This document shows positions 18,238 to 27,908 of a DNA stretch of 64,000 nucleotides, piece by piece; positions within the stretch are counted from its first letter, which is position 1; the number at the start of each line of letters is the position of its first letter. The stretch is taken from positions 1 to 64,000 of IMG/VR virus record IMGVR_UViG_3300037067_008364. One strand, given 5' to 3'. The notes beneath the pieces are model-generated. The model saw nothing but the letters and a program-made list of their open reading frames with translations. It did no database searches and had not been told where the DNA came from. The translations under genes were made by a program, and so were the position numbers. This stretch comes from an uncultured virus (IMG/VR IMGVR_UViG_3300037067_008364) (lineage: Duplodnaviria; Heunggongvirae; Uroviricota; Caudoviricetes).

Positions 18238-18823
18238 CAAGCTGATATCACATATATTATGCTACCAGCAATATAAAATTATTTCGTCAAGTTGTAAGTT
18301 ATTTACTAACAGTATGTTACCAGTATATAATCAGGTATCTGAAAACAGGTGAAAAAGCGCAAAGCGAACGAAAAAAGCGTCTCGAAAGTAAACTTGCAAT
18401 GCGTTTTAAACGCTCGCAAACAGCTTAAATTTTGCGTTTCGTATGCAACTGAATACCGAAGTACGTTTAAAGCGCAAAAATCGCTTAAAAAGCCGTTGGG
18501 CACTAAAACAGCGGTAAAAGTAGTGTACATCGGCAAAAAAACGCACGTTTGCATGCTATCCGGTATAACATACCTGTTTTCACAAGATAATTGACAGGAC
18601 AAGCGTTATTTGGTTTTCTAAGAGCAAAAAAAGCGCATACATGTTTCAGGTATAAAACCACTCTTCAGTGCAAGTCAATTCTCTTGCATACATGTATTAT
18701 ATATTCAGTATAAACCCTTATCTTATTGTATACTGTAGATTTAGTGAGGTAAACCATCAGAACAAAAATAAGACCGGACACACGTCAATAGTGTATCCGG
18801 TCGCGGAAATTACCTAATTACGA

Positions 18824-19090
18824 TCAGGCACCGGGGTCTTTAAGAATGAGAATGTTTGCTTTGTATCCTGGTTTTCCGGGGATCATCTGAAACCCGCCGG
18901 AACTGGCCACAATCTTCATCTTTCCGTGATCCCGCCCGGCTTCCTTGTCTTTGTCGTTCGGTTTTGTATAGCCGTAATCTTCGGTGAGATCGACATTCAG
19001 AGTCAGATCGGAACCGTCTATTTTGCCCTGGAGATTTGTGAACCCGAAAGATTTCGGTTTAACGTCAACATGTTTCGGATCGTTTGCCAT
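18824..19090 (-). CDS. small conserved protein (N....G..LTL.VDL...G...K..IVAS.GG family)
   Basis: AGGTAGGT RBS, GC3-rich codons, followed by a terminator-like hairpin at 18772-18802. Confidence 0.8.
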   Translation of the reverse strand: MANDPKHVDVKPKSFGFTNLQGKIDGSDLTLNVDLTEDYGYTKPNDKDKEAGRDHGKMKIVASSGGFQMIPGKPGYKANILILKDPGA

Positions 19091-19205
19091 GATGTACCTA
19101 CCTTGTTTAAGTGAGTGTGAGTGTGAATGTGAGTTTAGTGTAAAAGCCCGGTGTTACTGTGTTTTCCTATACCATATAAGTCCTTTCATATTAGGTGAAC
19201 GTGAG

Positions 19206-19349
19206 TTAATAGTCTTCACTATGTACCAAATTAAACCCGATTGCGTACTGTGAATTGTCTTGTTCATACTCTTCGGTTTCTACTATTTCCAGCAATTCAG
19301 AAATAGTCTGCAACATCTCAAGGCGTAATTGATTCTTGTTGTTTGGCAC
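19206..19349 (-). CDS. small hypothetical protein, first gene after the promoter
   Basis: GTG start after AAAGGTAGG. Confidence 0.5.
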   Translation of the reverse strand: MPNNKNQLRLEMLQTISELLEIVETEEYEQDNSQYAIGFNLVHSEDY

Positions 19350-19414
19350 GGTTAGCCTACCTTTGCGAAAGTGGATACAAGTCTCAAGGCACAAGCGTTT
19401 TTTGCAATGTGCAT

Positions 19415-19443
19415 AAAATACGAAAATCGCAAACGAATGTCAA
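19415..19443 (-). promoter_or_regulatory. sigma70-type promoter TTGACA-N17-TATTTT
   Basis: Heads the minus-strand early block. Confidence 0.7.
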
Positions 19444-19464
19444 GCGAAAAATTTCACGTGTTCG

Positions 19465-19493
19465 GCTAACGTGTTGCGCTGCAACATTTTACG
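19465..19493. promoter_or_regulatory. 29-bp imperfect palindrome, putative operator
   Basis: GCTAACGTGTTG-CGCTG-CAACATTTTACG. Confidence 0.55.
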
Positions 19494-19870
19494 CACATGT
19501 TCGACTCAGGTAAATCAGGCATCGGAACTGACGCTTACTCAGGTAGATTGACCATGTTAAACGGACAAGGGGGATATAAGATGGACAGGCGGGTAGCGAG
19601 TGCCTAGAATGTCAATACATCACCTTTTTTTCGGAGGAGGGGAAAGCGCCTATTTTATTTTTCCAGCACCTATGATTTTATTTGCAGTTGTTAAGAATAT
19701 TCTATTAGCCTGCGGAGTTACAACGCTAAAATGTGGAGGTGAGATGTGGGGTTAGCACCGTCGGTAAAACGGGGGTTGTGGTATTGGGCCAGCACCGCAG
19801 GTAGCCAACGCTTACTGCGGCGAAGGGCGAGTCGGATACGTGTAAAAGTTTACAGGATGCCGGGGCTCCC

Positions 19871-19928
19871 ATTGTAACGCCATGTAACACCATATAACTA
19901 CATGTAACACCATATAACTATATGTTAA
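19871..19928. repeat. 10-bp-period tandem repeat (2 exact copies of CATGTAACACCATATAACTA)
   Basis: Direct reading of the sequence. Confidence 0.85.
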
Positions 19929-20628
19929 GTGCAGGGGTCGGGGTTAACATAGTGGTACGATGCCGGTGAGAAGTGAGTGAGAAGTACCGGGGAAAGTTAT
20001 ACGGGGTTTACAAGCGGGGTTTTACAAATTGTATACACTTATAAATAATTGGTGACATTTTGTCTGATAATATTAAGTTGCCGTTGGTATCGTTATATGT
20101 CACTTACGGCAAACTTATATTATGAATTTACGTCAAAACTAGTGCACCTTTGAACAGTATTTTCTGGGTTTTTACAGGCGTTTTTAGCGATTTCGCATTA
20201 CAATAACACAATATCGTTATAATATGATATACCATGTCCTGTAACATTTTACACACACCATCTCATACTTTACATGAACATTGAAAAAACACTTACGCAT
20301 TTTGTATGACAAGAAAGTGTATATAACACAACAACTTACGAAGTGGCTATGTCACCTAAGTGTTTATTACTATATAGTGATAAAGGGTATAATCTAATAT
20401 AGAAATGTGATATACGTCACAAAACGCATATTTCGGTGTAAATCAATACACTAAATTATAAAAAATATAGTAACATAGTAATATTGCTATATCCGACCAA
20501 GAAAGATACGCATGCGTACAAAAAATCACCTATATTACGGAATCACGATATTGCGTAAGTTGTTGATGTGCTGGCTGTTAAGTATATTATTACAAGTGTA
20601 GTAGCAACGAGAAGACCTACCCATATAT

Positions 20629-20657
20629 AATATAACATTTTTTATTTAATTTGTCAA
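20629..20657 (-). promoter_or_regulatory. sigma70-type promoter TTGACA-N17-TATATT
   Basis: Consensus; fires into the non-coding region. Confidence 0.65.
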
Positions 20658-20900
20658 TAGACATCTGCAAAATATTATAGCACAAAAAACGGATTCGTGC
20701 TATTTAGCTATTTTATTTCTATAAGTAGGCGCAAATACTTAACTTAAGTGGTGTAAAAAAAAGTGTATGACAGTATACGTAAAATTTCGTGTATACTGTC
20801 ATACAAAAAGTAATATTACTATATCATAATATACGAACATACTAATTAAATAAAAAAGAAGCAGTTGTTTTGTTACTCTTCTTTCCGCGTTTCTATAAGT

Positions 20901-20929
20901 AATATAATCTTTTTTTCGTGTTTTGTCAA
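20901..20929 (-). promoter_or_regulatory. sigma70-type promoter TTGACA-N17-TATATT
   Basis: Consensus; a hairpin plus U-tract follows about 50 nt downstream. Confidence 0.65.
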
Positions 20930-21106
20930 GAGTGTCGCAGAGGTTTTTTAATGCAGAATTAAATGCAGTAATTGTTTTTTGTATCACGTTCTATTTAGCT
21001 TTTCAAAGTTGAAACGGACAAGCAACCCTGCCCACGGTTATTACTATTTATAGTCTCATTGTTGTGGGTTGTCGGACTTATATTATAACATCACGGAAAC
21101 TATTTT

Positions 21107-21275
21107 TTATACAGGGGGCGTACGCCAGAAAGGAGGTGGTAGAAAAATAGCGTATATACTGCCCTTGGTTTTGAATGACTGTAGGTAGGTTGTGCGCAGT
21201 ATATATAATGCCCCCTGTATAATCAAAGGTAGGTAATCTTTATAGAAGCCGAAGAACTCACGACTCCGGTTTCTG
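21107..21275 (-). ncRNA. candidate structured small RNA with anti-SD motifs
   Basis: Downstream of promoter 21282-21310; 13-bp and 10-bp nested inverted repeats; CACCTCCTTTCT and two ACCTACCT. Confidence 0.55.
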
Positions 21276-21281
21276 ACGACT

Positions 21282-21310
21282 AATATAACACATTCGCGTT
21301 TGTTTGTCAA
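21282..21310 (-). promoter_or_regulatory. sigma70-type promoter TTGACA-N17-TATATT (leftward of a divergent pair)
   Basis: Consensus. Confidence 0.75.
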
Positions 21311-21394
21311 GCACTTTTCCATGCGCGCGTACATTTTTATATTTTCGCGTTCGCGGTTTGCGCAAAGTTTTTTTCGCGTTCGTGCGTTTTTTCC

Positions 21395-21423
21395 TTGACA
21401 ACTGTTGCGGAATTTCGTATATT
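21395..21423 (+). promoter_or_regulatory. sigma70-type promoter TTGACA-N17-TATATT (rightward of a divergent pair)
   Basis: Consensus; heads the plus-strand block. Confidence 0.8.
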
Positions 21424-21592
21424 GTATGCTGTAACGTAGCGCTATGGAAACTATATGGATATACAAGGCATTAGCGAAACAAGAATTAGCTATTCTGATA
21501 TAACTAATACACCGTATATTGGGAACTTGGGCAACTCCTTTGGTTGAGAGTCCATAAAACCCAAGACCAAAAAATGAATATAGAGGAATGAT

Positions 21593-22042
21593 ATGATGTA
21601 CATAAAGTATCTTTGGTATATTATCCGCCACAAATGGTTCGTGTTTATCGAGTGTTGCAAGTACGGGCTTGTCTGGAGAGGGATAGTTCATGATATGAGC
21701 AAGTTAAGACCGAGCGAGTTTATTCCATATGCGAAGTATTTCTACGGAGAGTGGGATATATACACAAAGGCTTATATTAACGATGCGTTTGACAAAGCGT
21801 GGCTGTTGCACCAGCACAGGAACCCTCATCACTGGCAATACTGGGTGTTGAGAGAAGACGACGGTGGTACAAAGACTGTACCTATACCTATGAAGTATAT
21901 AAAGGAAATGGTCGCTGACTGGCGAGGAGCCGGGAGAGCCATTAATGGAAAAGAGAGTAATGTATATGAATGGTATGATAAGAACAAGAGCAAGATGGTG
22001 ATATGGCATCATACTAGACATAGAATAGAGAATATATTGTAA
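21593..22042 (+). CDS. DUF5662-like HD-type protein
   Basis: HK..V...HDMSK...AWLLH..RNPHHWQYW...EMVADW. Confidence 0.85.
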   Translation: MMYIKYLWYIIRHKWFVFIECCKYGLVWRGIVHDMSKLRPSEFIPYAKYFYGEWDIYTKAYINDAFDKAWLLHQHRNPHHWQYWVLREDDGGTKTVPIPMKYIKEMVADWRGAGRAINGKESNVYEWYDKNKSKMVIWHHTRHRIENIL

Positions 22043-22061
22043 CATCAATAAAGAGATTGTA

Positions 22062-22337
22062 ATGAGTAATCCAAATACAGTACCATGTACAAGCTGTAAT
22101 GGAACAGGCAGGATAAACGGTGGGTGGTGCATAGACTGTCATGGCCTAGGGAGAGTGCACCCAAATACGCCGATGCCAAGTTTCTCATATTACTTCAGGA
22201 GAGATATCACAATATCATATAACTATCAATATCAAGGATTTGTTGATACTTACGATGAAGCGATAGAACGCATGGCACAACAGCTAGCCGATGAAATAGA
22301 CAATGAAGTATTAAACGAAATAATTAATAATTCTTAA
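22062..22337 (+). CDS. DnaJ-type zinc-finger protein
   Basis: CTSCNGTG...CIDCHGLG. Confidence 0.7.
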   Translation: MSNPNTVPCTSCNGTGRINGGWCIDCHGLGRVHPNTPMPSFSYYFRRDITISYNYQYQGFVDTYDEAIERMAQQLADEIDNEVLNEIINNS

Positions 22338-22350
22338 AAGGGAATCGCAT

Positions 22351-22932
22351 ATGAGAATGCCTGAGATGATGCGAACAATAGAAAATATACTGACTCGTAA
22401 ACCCGATAAACCTGCTCCAGATAAACCTGCGCCAGAGAAGAAACCTAATACTGTTCTGTGCCCGAGATGTGGTGGGAAGAGGTTTATCAATAAGAAGAAG
22501 TGTGATTACTGTGGGGGGTTCGGGAGAGTACATCCTGACAAAGGAATAGATTCCGATGCACCGTTCGTGTTGAATAGTAAAAATATAGTTGAACATATTC
22601 AAGGTGATTTAAAGGGATTGGTAGACGAACTGCGTGGTCATGTGCACTGTGGTTCAAGAGAGGTCTACACCAAAGGAAATATACATAGTGATATGTTTAA
22701 TAATATTATAGCTCCGGGTAAAATAAGAAAATACAATGAGTATGTGTATATTGTAAATAATGATATGGAGCATAGGCTCTATAGTTATATAATAGTACGC
22801 AAGCATGAAACAGCATTTGACGATGATTACGAAGTCATAAGAATATCCAAATCAGACCTTGAAGACATGGCACTGCGCTCACTGACGGAAAGAAGAATTA
22901 TATTTGACTTATTTGATGAACTGTTTAAATGA
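22351..22932 (+). CDS. DnaJ-type zinc-finger protein with PDKPA repeats
   Basis: CPRCGG...CDYCGGFG. Confidence 0.75.
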   Translation: MRMPEMMRTIENILTRKPDKPAPDKPAPEKKPNTVLCPRCGGKRFINKKKCDYCGGFGRVHPDKGIDSDAPFVLNSKNIVEHIQGDLKGLVDELRGHVHCGSREVYTKGNIHSDMFNNIIAPGKIRKYNEYVYIVNNDMEHRLYSYIIVRKHETAFDDDYEVIRISKSDLEDMALRSLTERRIIFDLFDELFK

Positions 22933-22944
22933 AAGGAATAAGGC

Positions 22945-23214
22945 ATGGTTACATTTATATTATTTTATATTGCATGTATATTAGGAGCAATTGTTATAAC
23001 AGTTTTAGGACTATGGGTACGTGAACTGAGAAGCGAGATCAGTGCGTACAAAGAGATATTCAGCCGTATACGGTACACGCTTCAGGATTGCGTGGACAGG
23101 TGCGATATAGACAAGACAATCAACAAAGCCAGTTTAACTGCAAAGATTTACACTGTATGCGGATATCTGGAAGAAGAGATTCGCAGGGTAGATAATATCA
23201 TAGGGAAGGAGTAA
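22945..23214 (+). CDS. membrane-anchored hypothetical protein
   Basis: N-terminal hydrophobic helix. Confidence 0.65.
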   Translation: MVTFILFYIACILGAIVITVLGLWVRELRSEISAYKEIFSRIRYTLQDCVDRCDIDKTINKASLTAKIYTVCGYLEEEIRRVDNIIGKE

Positions 23215-23216
23215 TT

Positions 23217-23486
23217 ATGCGGGTAGTAATTATACTGTTATCAATATCGAGTTTGTTTTTAGCGCACAAATATGTTAAGGTCAAATGCGAGAAGATTCTT
23301 CATGAACACAATATGAAGCATGTAAGAAAGATGCTTGACGAACATACCAGTCTGTGCGCTGAATATAAAGCTGCACTTAAAGATTTCGGCAATACAAATG
23401 ATAAGCTTGTAATAGATATGATTGTTTCGTTAGAACATTTAACACAAAGATGTATGAGCGCAATACAACTATCACTTAAGGAGTAA
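23217..23486 (+). CDS. membrane-anchored hypothetical protein
   Basis: AGGAG RBS, hydrophobic N-terminus. Confidence 0.65.
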   Translation: MRVVIILLSISSLFLAHKYVKVKCEKILHEHNMKHVRKMLDEHTSLCAEYKAALKDFGNTNDKLVIDMIVSLEHLTQRCMSAIQLSLKE

Positions 23487-23820
23487 TGAACATACATGGG
23501 AGTAACCAATGTACCAAAGTTCGGCGGTAAGCAGAACAGACGTAACAAGTTTGACAGCAGGCATGCGCCGTATCCAATCAAGAGCAGACCGTATTTCAAT
23601 ATAGTGTCTGACGATGAATGGGAACGGATATTCGGGAGTAAAGACGAGGAGAAAATAAAATGAAGATTATACCATTCAAAAAAGACACAGTATGTGATGA
23701 GTGTGGATGTGTTGGAGCATTTGATGTTTACGGTGATTATTTATGCGTAGACTGTTTCAACAAATATTATGAATTAGAAGAACAAGACGAAGGCGGTGAA
23801 CAGGATGGGGAGGAAAAGAG

Positions 23821-24168
23821 ATGATAATTACCTTATGTGGTTCAACAAGATTTACATCTGAAATGTTAATATTACAATGGGAGTTAACAAAACAGGGGCA
23901 TGTTGTAATGTCATGGTGTGCGTTACCTGATGGATATTTTGACAAAGGACAAGATAAGACACACATTGGAGACCAAGAGGGCGTTAAAGAAATTGTCGAT
24001 AAAGTACATTTTCAAAAGATAGACTTATCAGACAAAGTAATAGTTTTAAATATAGGTGGATATATTGGGGAGTCAACACGAAATGAAATTAATCATGCTA
24101 TTGCAAAAGGAATACTTGTTGAATATTTAGAAGGAAGTGACAATAATGGGGAGGAAAAAACTGCCTGA
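23821..24168 (+). CDS. nucleoside 2-deoxyribosyltransferase-like fold protein
   Basis: ITLCGSTRF...H..KID.SD...VLN.GGYIGEST..EI. Confidence 0.75.
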   Translation: MIITLCGSTRFTSEMLILQWELTKQGHVVMSWCALPDGYFDKGQDKTHIGDQEGVKEIVDKVHFQKIDLSDKVIVLNIGGYIGESTRNEINHAIAKGILVEYLEGSDNNGEEKTA

Positions 24169-24688
24169 TTACGAACTATCAGAATCGGTAATCAAAGCAT
24201 TCAAAAAAGCACTTATAGACAGCAACTCGAATATGAGAAAGTTCTGCGAAGAGAACGATATCAGATATGGGTCTTTCAGGGTTTCGGTATCGCGTACAGG
24301 TAAGATGCAGAAGACACACGCAGACCTAATAGCAAAGTTTCTTGGACTGGAATCGCAGATAGACAAGCACGAGAACCGTACTCATAGGGAGATAGTGGAA
24401 CTGGTAAAACGCAACATACCGGGAGACCCGGGGAAATATGCGAAACTGTACTCGATGCTGACCAACACTAACTATATATACTTGGCTGTACAACACGTGA
24501 AAGGGAACTATAACGGACTTACAGATTACTTTATTGACAACTGTACAATAGACAGCAAGACGATAGAAACTGTATTTGATAATGAACGCAACACAAACAT
24601 CATACTGGTCGTGGCTCCGAAGAACTCTGAGAACAACCAGAAGATAGTATCGTGTTACAATACGTATCTGAATACAAAACCAAACTAA
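24146..24688 (+). CDS. putative HTH-containing DNA-binding protein
   Basis: N-terminal XRE-like helical pattern (weak). Confidence 0.55.
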   Translation: MGRKKLPDYELSESVIKAFKKALIDSNSNMRKFCEENDIRYGSFRVSVSRTGKMQKTHADLIAKFLGLESQIDKHENRTHREIVELVKRNIPGDPGKYAKLYSMLTNTNYIYLAVQHVKGNYNGLTDYFIDNCTIDSKTIETVFDNERNTNIILVVAPKNSENNQKIVSCYNTYLNTKPN

Positions 24689-24706
24689 CAATAGAGCGGG
24701 GACAGG

Positions 24707-25204
24707 ATGTCGCAGGGAATATATACTATTACAACCAACGATAAGGATTTTAATATATTCAAAGAGGAGGCAAGGTTCTGGATTGACGTGTTCGGATTGA
24801 GTTCATGGGACGTGGATTTCGCCCATATAGATGAGGACGAGGGATACTCTGCTTCGTGCATGTACTGGTCAACTGCTCGGTATGCGGTGCTCAATCTTGC
24901 ACAGACAATGGTTACAAAGAATGTCAGGCTTGCTGAAGACAGGGAGAACGAAATACGTAGATTCGCGTTTCATGAGGTTGTGGAATTACTCCTGTCTGAA
25001 GTGGATGATATCATGAAATCGCGTACAGGAATCACCAGTGAGAACATAGAAACAGCATCGCACAGGGTTATCAAGACTCTTGAAAATGTGATATTTAATA
25101 AGTGCAAGGGGTTTTTGTCGCATGAGTTACAGTCACGGAGCACCAGAGTGCCGAAGAAAGTAACTAAAAGGAGAACTAGAAATGGACAGCAACAAAACAC
25201 GTGA
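24707..25204 (+). CDS. zincin-like metallopeptidase-fold protein
   Basis: W...FGL..W...AFHEVVELLL (HExxE variant). Confidence 0.6.
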   Translation: MSQGIYTITTNDKDFNIFKEEARFWIDVFGLSSWDVDFAHIDEDEGYSASCMYWSTARYAVLNLAQTMVTKNVRLAEDRENEIRRFAFHEVVELLLSEVDDIMKSRTGITSENIETASHRVIKTLENVIFNKCKGFLSHELQSRSTRVPKKVTKRRTRNGQQQNT

Positions 25205-25451
25205 TATTCTTGAAGAGGTTCTTAATGAAAGAATTCATCAAATAGAACTCAAACATGGTGGCGATACTGATAAGTTTGATAAATCCAATACAAAAAATGA
25301 TTGGGTGTCGTATATTGCCGCATATTCAGGAAGAGCATCTGATAAAGTTTTGAAAAACGAAAGAGATGGATGTAGTTTTAGAGCCAATATGATAAAGACT
25401 GCTGCCTTAGCTATAGCGGCTATTGAAGCGCATGATAATGGATGGTGTTAA
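25182..25451 (+). CDS. MazG-like small protein
   Basis: EV..ER..Q..K.G...D....W...IKTAALAIAAIE. Confidence 0.6.
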   Translation: MDSNKTRDILEEVLNERIHQIELKHGGDTDKFDKSNTKNDWVSYIAAYSGRASDKVLKNERDGCSFRANMIKTAALAIAAIEAHDNGWC

Positions 25452-25519
25452 GAATGGGTAAGTGCAAAGGTAAACCGAAACCTAAAACAGTATAACCGCA
25501 CAGCACAGGAGATTGATAT

Positions 25520-25984
25520 ATGAAAAGTTATTTTATGAGGTATTATATAGAAGGAATTGATACGCAATATGATGACAATTGGTATAATGTATATGGAGAT
25601 GACGACAAAGATGCTGTTATGAAAACAATACTTGATTTGCCTAATATAGAATCCAAAATATTCCACATAGAAATATGTGATTTTAAGAAACAGTTAAATC
25701 CTTTAACATATAGAGTATATGTGTTTGATAGCGATACCGGAGAATTTTTAAGAGATATTTTACGCGAAAGCATTATACCGGGGAATATAAAAGTAGTAGA
25801 CGCTATTGATTATATGGTACATGATTTTATAAAACAGGAACAATTATTTGGATACGAACAAACAATAAAGAGATTATTCGATGTGATTGGTGCTGGGTAT
25901 AGTATGGGATATAAAGATGGGTTAAATGAATCACAACAAAATGGAGATTTTTATGGCAGAAATGATTATAATACACTGGAATGA
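25520..25984 (+). CDS. hypothetical protein
   Basis: CAGGAG RBS. Confidence 0.7.
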   Translation: MKSYFMRYYIEGIDTQYDDNWYNVYGDDDKDAVMKTILDLPNIESKIFHIEICDFKKQLNPLTYRVYVFDSDTGEFLRDILRESIIPGNIKVVDAIDYMVHDFIKQEQLFGYEQTIKRLFDVIGAGYSMGYKDGLNESQQNGDFYGRNDYNTLE

Positions 25985-26207
25985 TGCCGCAATGTATGGG
26001 AATGAATCACAACACAAAGATGATGTTCTTGAATATGGGACACTTGAGGTTATAAGTTGTGGCGTTCTTGTTAATGAAACAGATAAATTTTATACAATAG
26101 CTATGGACTGGAATACAGAATATGATAATTACAGGGGTGTGAATGTAATACCGAAAACATGTATAACAAAGATTAGAAAATATAAAATAACCGGTAAACG
26201 AATATAA
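25953..26207 (+). CDS. conserved phage hypothetical protein (I.W.DA...S.G...IP..CI family)
   Basis: GGAG RBS before MAEM. Confidence 0.7.
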   Translation: MAEMIIIHWNDAAMYGNESQHKDDVLEYGTLEVISCGVLVNETDKFYTIAMDWNTEYDNYRGVNVIPKTCITKIRKYKITGKRI

Positions 26208-26219
26208 GGAGATTCACCA

Positions 26220-26852
26220 ATGGGAAGAAAACGTAAATACCTCAAAACAGAAATCGTATGCGTACTTGACAAGTCTGGTTCCATGTATTCTCTTCAACAC
26301 GATACCATACAGGGGTTCAACAAATTTCTTGAAGAGCAGAAGACGGTAAAAGGGGAAGCTAACCTGACGCTTGTACTGTTTGATACCGCATACAGGTTTC
26401 TTTATGACGGAGTTGACATCAAGACAGTAGCTCCACTAACCGTCAAGACATACGCACCTGATGGGCTCACTGCATTGCTTGATGCTGTAGGTCGAACTAT
26501 TGATACTGTCAACAAGCGCATTCAATCCATCAATCTTCCGAAAGATAGACCTGATAAAGTTATCTTCATGATAATGACAGACGGTGAAGAGAACGCAAGC
26601 GTGGAGTATAAACTTGAACAGGTAAAGGAAAAAATAACAAAGTACACTGGCGACGGATGGGACTTTATATTCCTTGGGGCAAATATAGACGCGTTCAATG
26701 CAGGTCTAGGGCTTGGAGTACGTGGCGGGAATATCGCTCAGTACACAGCAACGTCGGATGGAATAAGCATTGTATTTGATGGGCTGAATAGGTATTCTAC
26801 ATCACTCAGAACAAGCGCTTCTGTTGACGGATGGAAGGATACCATAAAATGA
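26220..26852 (+). CDS. von Willebrand factor A domain protein
   Basis: MIDAS DKSGS, T.LLDA, TDGEEN. Confidence 0.92.
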   Translation: MGRKRKYLKTEIVCVLDKSGSMYSLQHDTIQGFNKFLEEQKTVKGEANLTLVLFDTAYRFLYDGVDIKTVAPLTVKTYAPDGLTALLDAVGRTIDTVNKRIQSINLPKDRPDKVIFMIMTDGEENASVEYKLEQVKEKITKYTGDGWDFIFLGANIDAFNAGLGLGVRGGNIAQYTATSDGISIVFDGLNRYSTSLRTSASVDGWKDTIK

Positions 26853-27175
26853 CAGACACAGAACTTGACAATCTTACAAAAATTATTGGAGACAAGCTTG
26901 ATACAATGCTTGGTTATGGTCAGTATGATTACTGGATTGTGTCAGGTAAATATGAAGATGGTTCTCCAAAATTGCTAGTTATATATAAATATAGCGATAA
27001 GGATATGGCTGGCAACATAAACTATGTTATTACTGATATCGTTGAAAATAACACACCATTCACATATTATGATAATATAGAATATAAGTACACTCGTTCA
27101 ATCAAGATATATGAAGATATGGTTATGGAAGCACCATTCGAAATTACACTTAAATTTGTTTATAAAGAGGAGTAA
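26849..27175 (+). CDS. hypothetical protein
   Basis: ATGA overlap with the VWA gene. Confidence 0.65.
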   Translation: MTDTELDNLTKIIGDKLDTMLGYGQYDYWIVSGKYEDGSPKLLVIYKYSDKDMAGNINYVITDIVENNTPFTYYDNIEYKYTRSIKIYEDMVMEAPFEITLKFVYKEE

Positions 27176-27179
27176 TAAC

Positions 27180-27458
27180 ATGGCTAAATACAGAAAGAAA
27201 CCTGTAGTAATAGAAGCTGTCCAGCTTAGATGGGATACTTGGTCTGAAATGTGCGACCACGCTGGAGTTGGTAAACTAGTAGATGGCAAGCCTGAAGGTG
27301 ACCAAGATGGTGAAGCAATAGGACTTGATATTCCTACACTTGAAGGATTAATGCATGCAAACGAAAACGATTGGATTATCAAGGGCGTTAATGGCGAATT
27401 ATACCCATGCAAGCCCGATATATTTGAAAAAACGTATGAAAAAATAGAGGAGGAGTAA
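27180..27458 (+). CDS. conserved phage protein (KYRKKPVVIEA / TLEG / YPCKPDIF family)
   Basis: Characteristic motifs, GAGGAG RBS. Confidence 0.85.
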   Translation: MAKYRKKPVVIEAVQLRWDTWSEMCDHAGVGKLVDGKPEGDQDGEAIGLDIPTLEGLMHANENDWIIKGVNGELYPCKPDIFEKTYEKIEEE

Positions 27459-27459
27459 T

Positions 27460-27885
27460 ATGTTATACTGGTTTATCTTTCTTGTGTTCTGTCTATTAAC
27501 AGGGTTTACGCGCGGTATCCATGAGGGCATGGTCATGACAAAACCCGGGGTACGTTCACACATGATGTACAACCATTACAAACTGTTCAGTATTGCTCCG
27601 TATGTTGCGTGGACTGTAGCGCTTGCCGTATACTTTACAGCATCGCATACCACAACTATTCCATATATCGGGTTCAAATGGGTTATAGGTTCTCTCATCC
27701 TTCTATGGGAAGCTACCGAAATAGGTTACGCGTATGCTCTTGACGGCAAACTTATCACAGACCACGAACACATCAACCCAATTGACGGCATATCACTTAT
27801 GCTCAATGATACGTATTACATATGGTTCGCGCATTCGATGAGGGTTATATCTGGAATTATGCTGCTTATATACGGGACGGTATAA
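27460..27885 (+). CDS. multi-pass membrane protein
   Basis: About 4 hydrophobic segments. Confidence 0.7.
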   Translation: MLYWFIFLVFCLLTGFTRGIHEGMVMTKPGVRSHMMYNHYKLFSIAPYVAWTVALAVYFTASHTTTIPYIGFKWVIGSLILLWEATEIGYAYALDGKLITDHEHINPIDGISLMLNDTYYIWFAHSMRVISGIMLLIYGTV

Positions 27886-27908
27886 TACAATAAACATGGA
27901 GAGCAATT

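Noticed and set aside
18306..18602. ORFs 18349..18594 (+) and 18306..18602 (-)
   Set aside because: No RBS and biased composition; better explained as a non-coding CC/GG-poor tract
19871..19928. CRISPR array
   Set aside because: Short contiguous repeats without spacers; no array was seen anywhere in the window
21107..21691. 194-aa minus-strand ORF
   Set aside because: It overlaps a real + gene, two promoters and inverted repeats, and is not protein-like
25925..26014. 14-bp direct repeat AATGAATCACAACA
   Set aside because: Only two copies, inside coding sequence, with no evidence of function
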